Assembly (NCBI GenBank): GCA_003221515.1
Contig: QHSI01000133.1
Location: 3,530-67,529, forward strand
Reading direction: 5' to 3'
DNA from: Candidatus Rokuibacteriota bacterium
Lineage (GTDB): Bacteria > Methylomirabilota > Methylomirabilia > Rokubacteriales > CSP1-6
Length of the DNA stretch: 64,000 bases
Shown here: positions 37,612 to 45,973 of the stretch, one piece after another
Position numbering within the stretch: the stretch's first letter is position 1
Layout: each line of letters starts with the position of its first letter
The notes under the pieces: generated by a model
What the model was told of the DNA's origin: nothing
Seen by the model: the letters and a program-made list of their open reading frames with translations, nothing else
Databases searched by the model: none
Position numbers and translations under genes: made by a program

Positions 37612-38262
37612 GTGGCCGCCAGAGTTCGTACCGTCTATCGGGCATGGTCCGCGGCCTCGGGCCGGATTCGGGTAACCGACCGCGGCGCGGAGCGCCGCCT
37701 CATCGTCCGCGGGGACACGCTCTCGATCTACCGTACCGACGGCAACTGGACGCCGGTGCGCCGCGAGTACTGGTGGAAGGCGCTCGAGGTCGTCGACATC
37801 CCGCGGCGGCCATCGGCCCTGCTCGTCGGGCTGGGTGGCGGCACACAGATCCACCTGCTGCACCAGGTGGCCGCGCCACGCCTCATCACGGTGATCGAGC
37901 ACGATCCGATCATCGTGCGCATCGCGCGCGAGTGGTTCGGCCTCGATCGGATCACTCGGCTGGAGATCCTCTGCACGGACGCCGAAACCGCGATCCGGGG
38001 GCTGGCGCGCGCGGGGCGACGGTTCGACTACGTCATGGACGACGTCAGCTACGCCGACGCGCCGCTGATCGCACTGCCGAAGCTGCTGACGCTCGCGCCG
38101 CTGGTGGCGCGCCGCGGCTCGCTCGTCGTGAACCGCCACCGCAACGGCGACCCGCGAGTGCTGGCCCGCGCGCTCCGGTTCTACTTCCGACGAGTGCGGA
38201 TCCGCCGCATACGACGCACGGGCGAGAACACGCTGATCTGCTGCGCCGGGTCCATGTATTAG
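37612..38262 (+). CDS. Spermidine-synthase-like SAM-dependent transferase (start 37573 or 37612)
   Basis: ALLVGLGGG; VIEHDPIIVRIAREWF; TDAE; FDYVMDD. Confidence 0.75.
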   Translation: MAARVRTVYRAWSAASGRIRVTDRGAERRLIVRGDTLSIYRTDGNWTPVRREYWWKALEVVDIPRRPSALLVGLGGGTQIHLLHQVAAPRLITVIEHDPIIVRIAREWFGLDRITRLEILCTDAETAIRGLARAGRRFDYVMDDVSYADAPLIALPKLLTLAPLVARRGSLVVNRHRNGDPRVLARALRFYFRRVRIRRIRRTGENTLICCAGSMY

Positions 38263-38312
38263 CTCGCCTCGGCTGGCGGGGCCCCAGCCCCGCGACAGCC
38301 TGCGGCTCGCAC
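38262..38312 (+). repeat. Dispersed ~50-bp repeat, copy D
   Basis: GCTCGCCTCGGCTGGCGGGGCCCCAGCCCCGCGACAGCCTGCGGCTCGCAC. Confidence 0.85.
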
Positions 38313-38331
38313 GACCACTTGTTAGCTCGCA

Positions 38332-40005
38332 CTACTTCAGGCGCTTGAAGCGGAGACGGTGCGGGCGGTCCGCCTCGGCGCCGAGCCGCCGGCGGCGGTC
38401 GGCCTCGTAATCGGCGTGGTTGCCCTCGAACCACACGGCGCGGCCTTCGTCCTCGAAGGCGAGCACGTGGGTCGCGATCCGGTCGAGGAACCAGCGGTCG
38501 TGACTGATGATCACCGCGCAACCCGCGAACGCGAGCAGCCCGTCTTCGAGGGCGCGTAGCGTGTCCACGTCGAGGTCGTTCGTCGGCTCGTCGAGCAGCA
38601 GAAGATTTGCGCCGCTCTTGAGGATCTTCGCCAGATGCAGGCGGTTGCGCTCGCCGCCCGAGAGGTCGGCGACGCGCTTCTGCTGGTCGCTGCCGCGGAA
38701 ATTGAACGATGCGACGTAGGCCCGCGACTGCATCGTGCGGGTCCCGAGCGTGAGGATCTCGGCACCCTCGGAGATTTCCTCCCACACCGTCTTCTTGCCG
38801 TCGAGCGCATCGCGGCTCTGGTCGACGTAGGCCAGCCGGACCGTCTCGCCCACCCGCAGCGTGCCGGAGTCCGGCTTCTCCTGGCCGGCGATCATCCGGA
38901 AGAGCGTCGTCTTGCCGGCGCCGTTGGGGCCGATCACACCGACGATCCCGCCCCGCGGCAGCTTGAACGACAGATCGTCGATCAACACGCGATCGCCGTA
39001 CCCCTTCGTCACGTGGTCGGCCTCGACGACGAGGTCGCCGAGGCGAGGCCCGGGCGGGATGGCGATCTCCAGCGCGGCGGCGCGCGTCTCGAACGACTCG
39101 GTCAGCAGCGCGTCGTACGCCTGCAGCCGAGCCTTGGACTTCGCCTGGCGAGCGCGCGGCGACATCTGGACCCACTCGAGCTCGCGCGCGAGCGTGCGTT
39201 GTCGCGCCACGTCCGCTTTCTCCTCCTGCGCGAGACGCTGCTGCTTCTGGTCGAGCCAGGAGGAATAGTTCCCCTCCCAGGGGATCCCGTGGCCGCGATC
39301 GAGCTCGAGGATCCAGCCGGCCGCGTTGTCGAGGAAGTAGCGGTCGTGGGTGATCGCGACGACCGTCCCCGTATACTCCTTGAGATAGCGCTCGAGCCAC
39401 GCCACCGACTCGGCGTCGAGGTGGTTCGTCGGCTCGTCCAGCAGGAGCATGTCGGGTCGCGAGAGCAACAACCGGCAGAGCGCGACGCGCCGCCGCTCGC
39501 CGCCCGAGATCTTGGCGACGTCCATGTCGCCGGGCGGCACGCGGAGCGCGTCCATCGCCATCTCGACGGTGCGGTCGAGATCCCAGGCGTTGGCGGCGTC
39601 GATCTTGTCTTGCAGCCGCGCCTGCTCGTCGAGCAGCTTCTCCATCTCGTCGCTCTCGAGCGGCTCGCCGAGTTTGGCGCTCACTTCCTCGAACCGCGTC
39701 AGCAGCGCACGCGTCTCGCTCACACCGTCCTCGACGTTGGCCCGCACGTCCTTGGCGGAGTCGAGCTGAGGCTCCTGCGAGAGATAGCCGACGCGCAGGC
39801 CCGCGGCGGGAAACGCCTCGCCGAGAATGTCCGTGTCCACGCCGGCCATGATCCGGAGCAGCGTGGACTTGCCGGCGCCGTTGGCGCCGAGCACGCCGAT
39901 CTTGGCGCCGTGGAAGAACGACAGATAGATGCCGCGAAGGATCTCCCGCTTGGGCGGGACGACCTTCCGGAGATCTTTCATGACGAACGCGTATTCGCCA
40001 GCCAT
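38332..40005 (-). CDS. ettA: Energy-dependent translational throttle protein EttA (ABC-F)
   Basis: Two ABC domains; [43 protein letters not shown]. Confidence 0.97.
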   Translation of the reverse strand: MAGEYAFVMKDLRKVVPPKREILRGIYLSFFHGAKIGVLGANGAGKSTLLRIMAGVDTDILGEAFPAAGLRVGYLSQEPQLDSAKDVRANVEDGVSETRALLTRFEEVSAKLGEPLESDEMEKLLDEQARLQDKIDAANAWDLDRTVEMAMDALRVPPGDMDVAKISGGERRRVALCRLLLSRPDMLLLDEPTNHLDAESVAWLERYLKEYTGTVVAITHDRYFLDNAAGWILELDRGHGIPWEGNYSSWLDQKQQRLAQEEKADVARQRTLARELEWVQMSPRARQAKSKARLQAYDALLTESFETRAAALEIAIPPGPRLGDLVVEADHVTKGYGDRVLIDDLSFKLPRGGIVGVIGPNGAGKTTLFRMIAGQEKPDSGTLRVGETVRLAYVDQSRDALDGKKTVWEEISEGAEILTLGTRTMQSRAYVASFNFRGSDQQKRVADLSGGERNRLHLAKILKSGANLLLLDEPTNDLDVDTLRALEDGLLAFAGCAVIISHDRWFLDRIATHVLAFEDEGRAVWFEGNHADYEADRRRRLGAEADRPHRLRFKRLK

Positions 40006-40063
40006 TCATTTGGAGAAGGGGGCTCCGTCGCCCCCCTCTCGACTCCCCCTATCTGTCAGTCGG

Positions 40064-40507
40064 TCAGGATCGAATGAGACGGCGGTGTTCGGGCATCATG
40101 CAGCGGTCCTGGACGACGCGGATCCCGGCGCGGGCCAGTGCCTCGGCGGCCGAGTCGTTCCGGATGCCGAGCTGGAACCAGACCGCGCGCGGCCGCCACG
40201 GCAGCGCCAGGATCTCGGCCGCGTGGCCCGGAAGGTATTCGGAGCGGCGGAAGACCTCGATCACGTCGACCGGCTCCGGAAGATCGGCGACCCGCGCCAC
40301 CGTCGCCACGTCGTGGAGCCGGCGCCCCGTGAGCTTAGGATTCACGGGCAGAATCCGGTAGCCTCGCGCGTGGAGGTAGGCCGGAACGTAGTGGGCCGGC
40401 TCGGCCGGATCGTCCTTGGCGCCAACGACCGCGACGGTCTTCGCTTCGCGAAAAATCGCGGTCAGGCCCGCATCGTCACTCACGAGGTGTCCGCGCCAGT
40501 CGCTCAT
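40064..40507 (-). CDS. CoA-binding protein (YccU-like)
   Basis: TVAVVGA; YRILPVNP; VFRRSE; VWFQLGI; VVQDRC. Confidence 0.92.
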   Translation of the reverse strand: MSDWRGHLVSDDAGLTAIFREAKTVAVVGAKDDPAEPAHYVPAYLHARGYRILPVNPKLTGRRLHDVATVARVADLPEPVDVIEVFRRSEYLPGHAAEILALPWRPRAVWFQLGIRNDSAAEALARAGIRVVQDRCMMPEHRRLIRS

Positions 40508-40523
40508 CGTGAGACTCACCTTC

Positions 40524-41681
40524 TCACGTGGAGGCGAGCACGGCAACGATCTCCGTGCCGAACGCCTCCGCGCGCCAGCGACGAACCCCGTCCACCGACG
40601 CCAGCGCGCCGGGATCGCCGGGCCAGGCCGCCGCGACCGCGCCGATGAGTCGGTTGGGCAACAGCAATCCCGGCTCCAGACCGAACCGGGGCGCCGCGCC
40701 GGTTCGCCACTGCCGGAGCGCTTCGATCCGGCGGGCGACCGCCCCGGAAATTCGGGGCCGCGGTCGGCGCTCGAGCACGGGCAGCGCATCGTCGGGCAAC
40801 GCCTGGGCGCGCGCCACCGCGGCCAAGATCACATCGCCCCACCGCGCGATCACCCGCGCCGGGCAGCCCACGATCTGCGCCATCGCCGCGCGGTCGGCCG
40901 GCGGCGCCTGCGCCAGGGCCACGAGCGTCTCCGGGCTCAGGATCTTGAAAGGCGGGCGGTCCGCCGCGCGCGCGAGCTGCTCGCGGAGGTCGTGCAGCTC
41001 GCGCAGGATCGCGAGATTGCGCGGGGAGAGCTCGCGGGCGCCCTTGAGGCCAGCGAACGCATTCGGGTCGGAGATCCGCGCGCTGGCCGGCTGCGCCGCG
41101 AGCGCCGCGCACTCTTCCTCGACCCACGCGAGGCGTCCCACTCGCGCCAGCTCCTCGGTAAGGCGGTCCTTGAGCGCGAACAGGTGCAGCACGTCGGCCT
41201 CGGCGTAGCGAAGCTGAGCTTCGGAGAGCGGACGCCGCGACCAGTCGTCGCGCTGCTTCGAGGGCGGCAGCTCGAGGCTCAGGTAGGTCTGCAGCAGCAC
41301 GTCGAGACCGAGGGCCCGGACGCCGAGAAATCGCGCGGCGATGGACGTGTCGAAGATCGACGTGAACGCGAAGCCGCGACGCTTGAGCTGGACGAGGTCG
41401 TTGTCGCCGGCGTGGACCACCGTCACGACGTGGGGTGCTGCGAACACGGATGCGAGGGACGAGAGATCGGTGACGGCGAGCGGATCCACGAGCCAGGCCT
41501 CGCTCGACGGGACGGCCAGCTGGATGAGCGAGAGGCGCTCCGGATAGTGATGGAGGCTGTCGCCCTCCGTGTCGAGGGCGACCTGGCCGGGCGCCCGAAG
41601 GCGATGTGAGATCTCGGCGAGATCGGTGGGGGTGTCGACCCAGCGTGACGGGATCGTGGCGATGGGCGGTGGTCCGGTCAA
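40524..41681 (-). CDS. rnd: Ribonuclease D (DEDDy exonuclease plus HRDC domains)
   Basis: ALDTEGDSLHHY; HAGDND; FDTSIAA; DWSRRPL..YAEADV; DRPPFKIL. Confidence 0.9.
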   Translation of the reverse strand: MTGPPPIATIPSRWVDTPTDLAEISHRLRAPGQVALDTEGDSLHHYPERLSLIQLAVPSSEAWLVDPLAVTDLSSLASVFAAPHVVTVVHAGDNDLVQLKRRGFAFTSIFDTSIAARFLGVRALGLDVLLQTYLSLELPPSKQRDDWSRRPLSEAQLRYAEADVLHLFALKDRLTEELARVGRLAWVEEECAALAAQPASARISDPNAFAGLKGARELSPRNLAILRELHDLREQLARAADRPPFKILSPETLVALAQAPPADRAAMAQIVGCPARVIARWGDVILAAVARAQALPDDALPVLERRPRPRISGAVARRIEALRQWRTGAAPRFGLEPGLLLPNRLIGAVAAAWPGDPGALASVDGVRRWRAEAFGTEIVAVLAST

Positions 41682-42283
41682 GCCTTCGTCTCGCGGACCG
41701 CCTGCTCGAGGCGCTCGGCGCGTCGTCGGAACGGCTCGAGGCTCTCCTCGTGGGTGATCACGAAGAGCCGGTTCGCCTGGATCGCGCCGAACACCATGTC
41801 GGCCGCGGTCTCGGGCCCGAGCGTGCAGCCCATAAGCTCAACGCGCTCGGGCGCGCTCGCCGCTTCGTTCCTGAGGTCCGCGGGCCGATTGCGCTCGCTG
41901 GCCCTGATCTGCGTCGCCACCCCCATCGGGCACAGGATCGACACGCCGATCCCGTAGGGCTTCAGGTCCCCGCCCGGGAGGTTCACGCCGAGCAGCCACA
42001 GCGCGACACCTGCATTGTTGCAGAGCACGTGCACCTTGCCGAAGGCGGCGAAGGCGCGGTCGGCCGGCGCCTGGACCGACGCGAGCTCCGTCACGTCGGT
42101 GCGGACGCCGATCGCCTCGCCGCCGCGAGCACGCACCGACGCCACGACGGCCGCGAGGACACGCTCGTCGACGTCTGCGATGACCACCTTGGCGCCCTCG
42201 CGCGCCAGGCGATCGACCATGGCGCGGCCGATACCGCCGCCTCCACCCGTCACAACCGCGACCCGACCCGCGAGATCTCTCAT
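41678..42283 (-). pseudogene. SDR oxidoreductase with in-frame internal deletions removing the active site
   Basis: TGGGGGIG and NNAGV present, then WLLGVNL joined to DLKPYGIGVSILCP; catalytic Ser and YxxxK are missing; only 201 aa. Confidence 0.75.
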
Positions 42284-42290
42284 TGAGCGT

Positions 42291-42341
42291 CGCGCCTCGG
42301 CCGGCGAGGCCCCTGCCCCGCGACGGCCTGCAGCCGCGCAC
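42291..42341 (+). repeat. Dispersed ~50-bp repeat, copy E
   Basis: CGCGCCTCGGCCGGCGAGGCCCCTGCCCCGCGACGGCCTGCAGCCGCGCAC. Confidence 0.85.
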
Positions 42342-42829
42342 TACCAGCCCTCCGTTCCCGATGGCGTGCCGTCGCCGACGATGGGCTCGAGCACGGCCCG
42401 GAGCCCCTCGGCGGTCGCCGGAGCACGCAGCATCGCACGAACGCCGGCGGCTTCGGCCCTCATGAGGGTAGCCGGGCCCATCTCGGGGGTCAACGCGACG
42501 ACGCGCAGGACGGGCCTGCGCGACATGCTGGCGATTCGCTCGGCGTCGGCCAGACCGGCCAGTACGATGCTTCCGTCCTCAATATATCGCCGCGCCTCAG
42601 CCGGCGGGGCCCCAGCCCCGCGACGGCTTGCGGCGCGCACCTTAATATCTCGCCGCGCCTCAGCCGGCGGGGCCCCAGCCCCGCGACGGCTTGCGGCGCG
42701 CACCTCCACGCGCGCGAGCTCTGCCGGCGTCCCGGTGAGCACTTGCACGTGCGGGAAGAGGCGGCCCAGCTGCTCGGCCAGGGCCGCTCGCGCGGGCGCG
42801 TCGTCGTCCAGCACGAGGATCACGGACAT
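42341..42829 (-). CDS. Degenerate receiver-domain protein with two in-frame repeat-derived insertions
   Basis: ILVLDDD...VVALT...AGVRAMLRAP receiver pattern; VRAASRRGAGAPPAEARR twice; TACACT 8 nt before ATG. Confidence 0.65.
   Translation of the reverse strand: MSVILVLDDDAPARAALAEQLGRLFPHVQVLTGTPAELARVEVRAASRRGAGAPPAEARRDIKVRAASRRGAGAPPAEARRYIEDGSIVLAGLADAERIASMSRRPVLRVVALTPEMGPATLMRAEAAGVRAMLRAPATAEGLRAVLEPIVGDGTPSGTEGW
42581..42706 (+). repeat. Dispersed repeat copies F and G as a 63-bp tandem duplication inside a CDS
   Basis: 56 identical nt at 42587-42642 and 42650-42705; period 63 nt = 21 codons. Confidence 0.95.
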
Positions 42830-42909
42830 CGCGCTCGAGTGTAGCGCGCGGCCGAGACGCGGCTATGAACAGTGATAGGATGCCCGAACGAGAATCGCGG
42901 AGGGCCGCA

Positions 42910-43235
42910 ATGTCGAAAGAGATCTCGATCGTTCACCATTCCGACCGACGCACCGACGTGATGATGCCGTACGCGCCCGGGATCGTCGTGCGCCGCGGGA
43001 AGCTCGTCTTTCTGTCCGGCGTCACCGCCGCCGCCGTCTATCACAGCCACCCGCATCGGCGACTCGATTCCTGACCGACGTCGGCGAGCAGGACGACTTG
43101 AACCGGGTGTGGGCCGCGTACCTCGGCGGCCATCTGCCGACGACGACCACGGTGGAGGTGTCGCGTCTCGCGACCCATCCGCGGTGCAAGATCGAGATCA
43201 GCGCGATCGCGGTCGCCGACGATGGCGGCGCCTGA
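42910..43235 (+). pseudogene. RidA/YjgF family protein with internal deletion and frameshift near 43058
   Basis: PYAPGIVV..LVFLSGVT in one frame; ATRFLTD..LNRVWAAY..PTTTTVEVSRL..KIEISAIA in another; middle helix missing. Confidence 0.85.
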
Positions 43236-44134
43236 TGGCCGCGGTCGGCTTCGTCGGGCTCGGGGCGATGGGCGGCCGCATGGCCAAGCGGCTGCTCGAC
43301 GCCGGTCACCGGGTCGTCGGCTATAACCGCACCGCCGAGAAGGCGCGCGCGCTGGTGGCCGCCGGCCTCGTGCTCGAGAAGTCGCCGCGCGCGGTGGCGG
43401 AAAGCGTCGACGCCGTCCTCAGCATGGTCACCGATGACAAGGCGCTCCGCGCGATCGCGCTCGGGCCCGACGGCGTAATCGCGGGGCTGCGGCCTGGCGC
43501 CGTGTGGGCCGAGATGAGCACGGTCAGCCCCGAGGTCACGCGCGAGCTGGGCGCGGCGATCACCGCCCGCGGCGCCGCGCTGATCGACGCGCCGGTCTCC
43601 GGTAGCCCCATCACGCTGGAGGCCGGCCAGCTCTCGTTCATGGTCGGCGGCGATCCGGCGGCGCTCGAGAAGGTGCGCCCCTGCCTGCTGGCCATCGGGC
43701 CGACGATCACCCACGTGGGCGAGCTGGGACTCGCGGTGACGATGAAGATCGCCACGAACCTGGGGCTTGCCGTGCAGATGCTCGCGTTCAGCGAGGCGGT
43801 GGTCCTGGCGGAAAAGGCCGGGATCGCCCGCGAGCGCGCGGTCGAGGTGCTGCTCAAGTCGGTGATCGCGTCGCCGATGATCAAGTACCGCGGTCCGTTC
43901 GTGCTGGGCATGCCGACCGAGGCGCTGTTCGACGTGAACATGGCCCAGAAGGACCTGGGGCTGGCGCTCTCGATGGGCCGAGCGCTCGGTGTGCCGCTGC
44001 CGAGCGTGGCGCTGGTCGACGAGCTGCTCAGCGCCGCGCGCGGGCTGGATCTGGCCGACTACGACTTCGCGGTGGTGTTCGACGTGATCGCGCGGATGAG
44101 CGGCCTGCGGCCCAGCCTGAAGAAGCCGCGCTAG
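43235..44134 (+). CDS. NAD(P)-dependent beta-hydroxyacid dehydrogenase
   Basis: VGFVGLGAMGGRMA; DAPVSGS; MKIATN; AQKDL. Confidence 0.9.
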   Translation: MAAVGFVGLGAMGGRMAKRLLDAGHRVVGYNRTAEKARALVAAGLVLEKSPRAVAESVDAVLSMVTDDKALRAIALGPDGVIAGLRPGAVWAEMSTVSPEVTRELGAAITARGAALIDAPVSGSPITLEAGQLSFMVGGDPAALEKVRPCLLAIGPTITHVGELGLAVTMKIATNLGLAVQMLAFSEAVVLAEKAGIARERAVEVLLKSVIASPMIKYRGPFVLGMPTEALFDVNMAQKDLGLALSMGRALGVPLPSVALVDELLSAARGLDLADYDFAVVFDVIARMSGLRPSLKKPR

Positions 44135-44745
44135 CGCAGCGTCAGCGTGGCGCGTCCGGAGGCGGTGTCCACGCTGAGCGTGAAGGCATCCAGCACGTCC
44201 CGCCCGAGGAGACCGTCGATCGCGTCGGGCGCTAGACCGCGACGCAGCGTCGACGGCAGCGCGTAGACGATCACCGCCAGGGGCCCGATGCGCGCTCCGG
44301 CGATGTCGAGCAGCGGAAGCGTGACGAGCGTGGCGGTGGCCGAGCCGGTGACCCCGATGACCTCGACCGGCCGGCCCGGCTGGCCCGCCAGCCCGGCGCG
44401 CGCAAGCGCGTCGGGTGAGATCACCGTACGGTCGGCTCCCGTATCGACGATCAGGGTGAGCGCGGCGCCGTTGAGGCGAGCCTCGACGGTGATCGGCGCG
44501 CCCGGCGCGGGCCTGAGCGGCACCGGCTGGTTCGCCGCCTCACTCGCGCCGGGCGTCGGCTCGTCGCGCGGCTGGGGAGTGCTCAGCGGCGTGGCGTCGT
44601 CGCGGAAGTTCGGCGGAATCGAGGCGAGATCCGCCGTGTAGTGCACGGTCCCCTCGGCATCCGTCCAACGATAGAGCTGGGCGGCAGCCGGCGCCGCCAC
44701 GAGGCAACCCGCCAGGACGATCAGCCAGAGTCGGGTGTGACGCGT
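44131..44745 (-). CDS. Secreted DUF4124 plus retropepsin-like aspartyl protease (start uncertain: ACG 44745 or GTG 44700)
   Basis: LYRWTDAEGTVHYT; LIVDTGADRTVIS; DGLLGRDVL. Confidence 0.8.
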   Translation of the reverse strand, partial: TRHTRLWLIVLAGCLVAAPAAAQLYRWTDAEGTVHYTADLASIPPNFRDDATPLSTPQPRDEPTPGASEAANQPVPLRPAPGAPITVEARLNGAALTLIVDTGADRTVISPDALARAGLAGQPGRPVEVIGVTGSATATLVTLPLLDIAGARIGPLAVIVYALPSTLRRGLAPDAIDGLLGRDVLDAFTLSVDTASGRATLTLR

Positions 44746-44758
44746 AACGTCAGCCCTC

Positions 44759-45955
44759 CTAGCGGACGACCTTCTTCGCCCGCAGCGCGCTGATCTCGTC
44801 GGCGGAGTAGCCGAACTCTGCGAGGACCTGGTCGGTGTGCTCGCCCTGGAGCGGGGCCGGGGTGCGGGCGCCCGGGCGCATGCGCGAGAACTTCACGGGT
44901 GTGCCGATGACGGGAATCTCGCCGAGCCGCGGATGCAGGACGCGCTCGATCATCTGGCGCGCCGCGGTCTGCGGATCGTTCATGACCTGGTCCACGGTGT
45001 TCACCGGCGTCGCCGGGACTCCCGCGTCCTCCAGCAGTTTCAGCAGCGGCTCGCGGTCGAAGGCCACGATCGCCTCGGAGACCGCCGCCTCCAGCTCGGC
45101 GCGATGCCGGACTCGCCCGAGGTTGGTCGCGAAGCGCTCGTCGCGCAGCGCCGGGAGGTCGAGCGCCCCCACCAGCTTCTGCCAGAACCGGTCGTTGGCG
45201 CCGGCGATGAACACCCACTGGCCGTCGCGACAGCGAAAGGTGCGGTAGGGCGACAGCGAGGGGTGGGCGGAGCCGAGCGGCTTGGGCACGGCTCCCGTCA
45301 GCAGGTAGCCCTCAGCGTGATAGTTCAGCAGCGTCACCGCCGTCTCCAGCAGCGAGCCGTCGACACGCTGGCCGAGCCCGGTCTTCGCGCGATACAGGAG
45401 CGCGTTGACGATCCCGAACGCCGAGAAGATCCCGGTGGTGAGGTCGAGGAACGAGACGCCGGCACGCACCGGCGGCCCGTCGGGCTCACCGGTGATCGAC
45501 ATGATCCCGCTGAACGCCTGCATGAGCGCCTCGTAGCCGGCGCCGTCCTTGCGCGGCCCGGTGCGCCCGAACGCCGAGACCGAACAATAGATCAGTCCCG
45601 GATTGATCGCCGAGAGCGTGTCGTAGCCCAGCCCGAAGCCCTCCATGGTGCCGGTACGGAAGTTCTCGATGAGCACGTCCGCGCTCGCCACGAACTTCTT
45701 GAGCACCGCCGCCCCTTCCGGGGCCTTGAGGTCGAGCGTGAGATCGCGCTTGTTGCGGTTGATGACGAGGTAGGCCGCCGACTCGCCGTCCTTGTGCGGC
45801 GGCCACGTGCGTGACTCGTCGCCCGCGCCGGTGTCTTCGATCTTGATGACGTCGGCGCCCAGGTCCGCGAGCAGCATGCCGCAGAATGGCCCGGCCAGAA
45901 CGCGTGAGAGATCGAGGATTCGGACGCCGTCGAGCGAGAGGGCCGTGGAGGTCAT
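44759..45955 (-). CDS. Family III CoA-transferase (CaiB/BaiF)
   Basis: ILDLSRVLAGP; ADLGADVIKIE; NRNKR; ENFRTG; GEHTDQVL. Confidence 0.95.
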   Translation of the reverse strand: MTSTALSLDGVRILDLSRVLAGPFCGMLLADLGADVIKIEDTGAGDESRTWPPHKDGESAAYLVINRNKRDLTLDLKAPEGAAVLKKFVASADVLIENFRTGTMEGFGLGYDTLSAINPGLIYCSVSAFGRTGPRKDGAGYEALMQAFSGIMSITGEPDGPPVRAGVSFLDLTTGIFSAFGIVNALLYRAKTGLGQRVDGSLLETAVTLLNYHAEGYLLTGAVPKPLGSAHPSLSPYRTFRCRDGQWVFIAGANDRFWQKLVGALDLPALRDERFATNLGRVRHRAELEAAVSEAIVAFDREPLLKLLEDAGVPATPVNTVDQVMNDPQTAARQMIERVLHPRLGEIPVIGTPVKFSRMRPGARTPAPLQGEHTDQVLAEFGYSADEISALRAKKVVR

Positions 45956-45973
45956 CTGCGCTACTATAACGCC
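45956..45973. promoter_or_regulatory. Bidirectional leaderless promoter candidate
   Basis: 18-bp gap; plus TACTAT-6 nt-ATG and minus TATAGT-7 nt-ATG. Confidence 0.7.

Noticed and set aside
42581..42706. Possible CRISPR repeat-spacer unit
   Set aside because: It is a 63-bp tandem duplication of a dispersed repeat with no unique spacer.
43072..43074. TGA in the RidA gene as a second selenocysteine codon
   Set aside because: The downstream RidA sequence is in a different frame, and there is no redox motif context.
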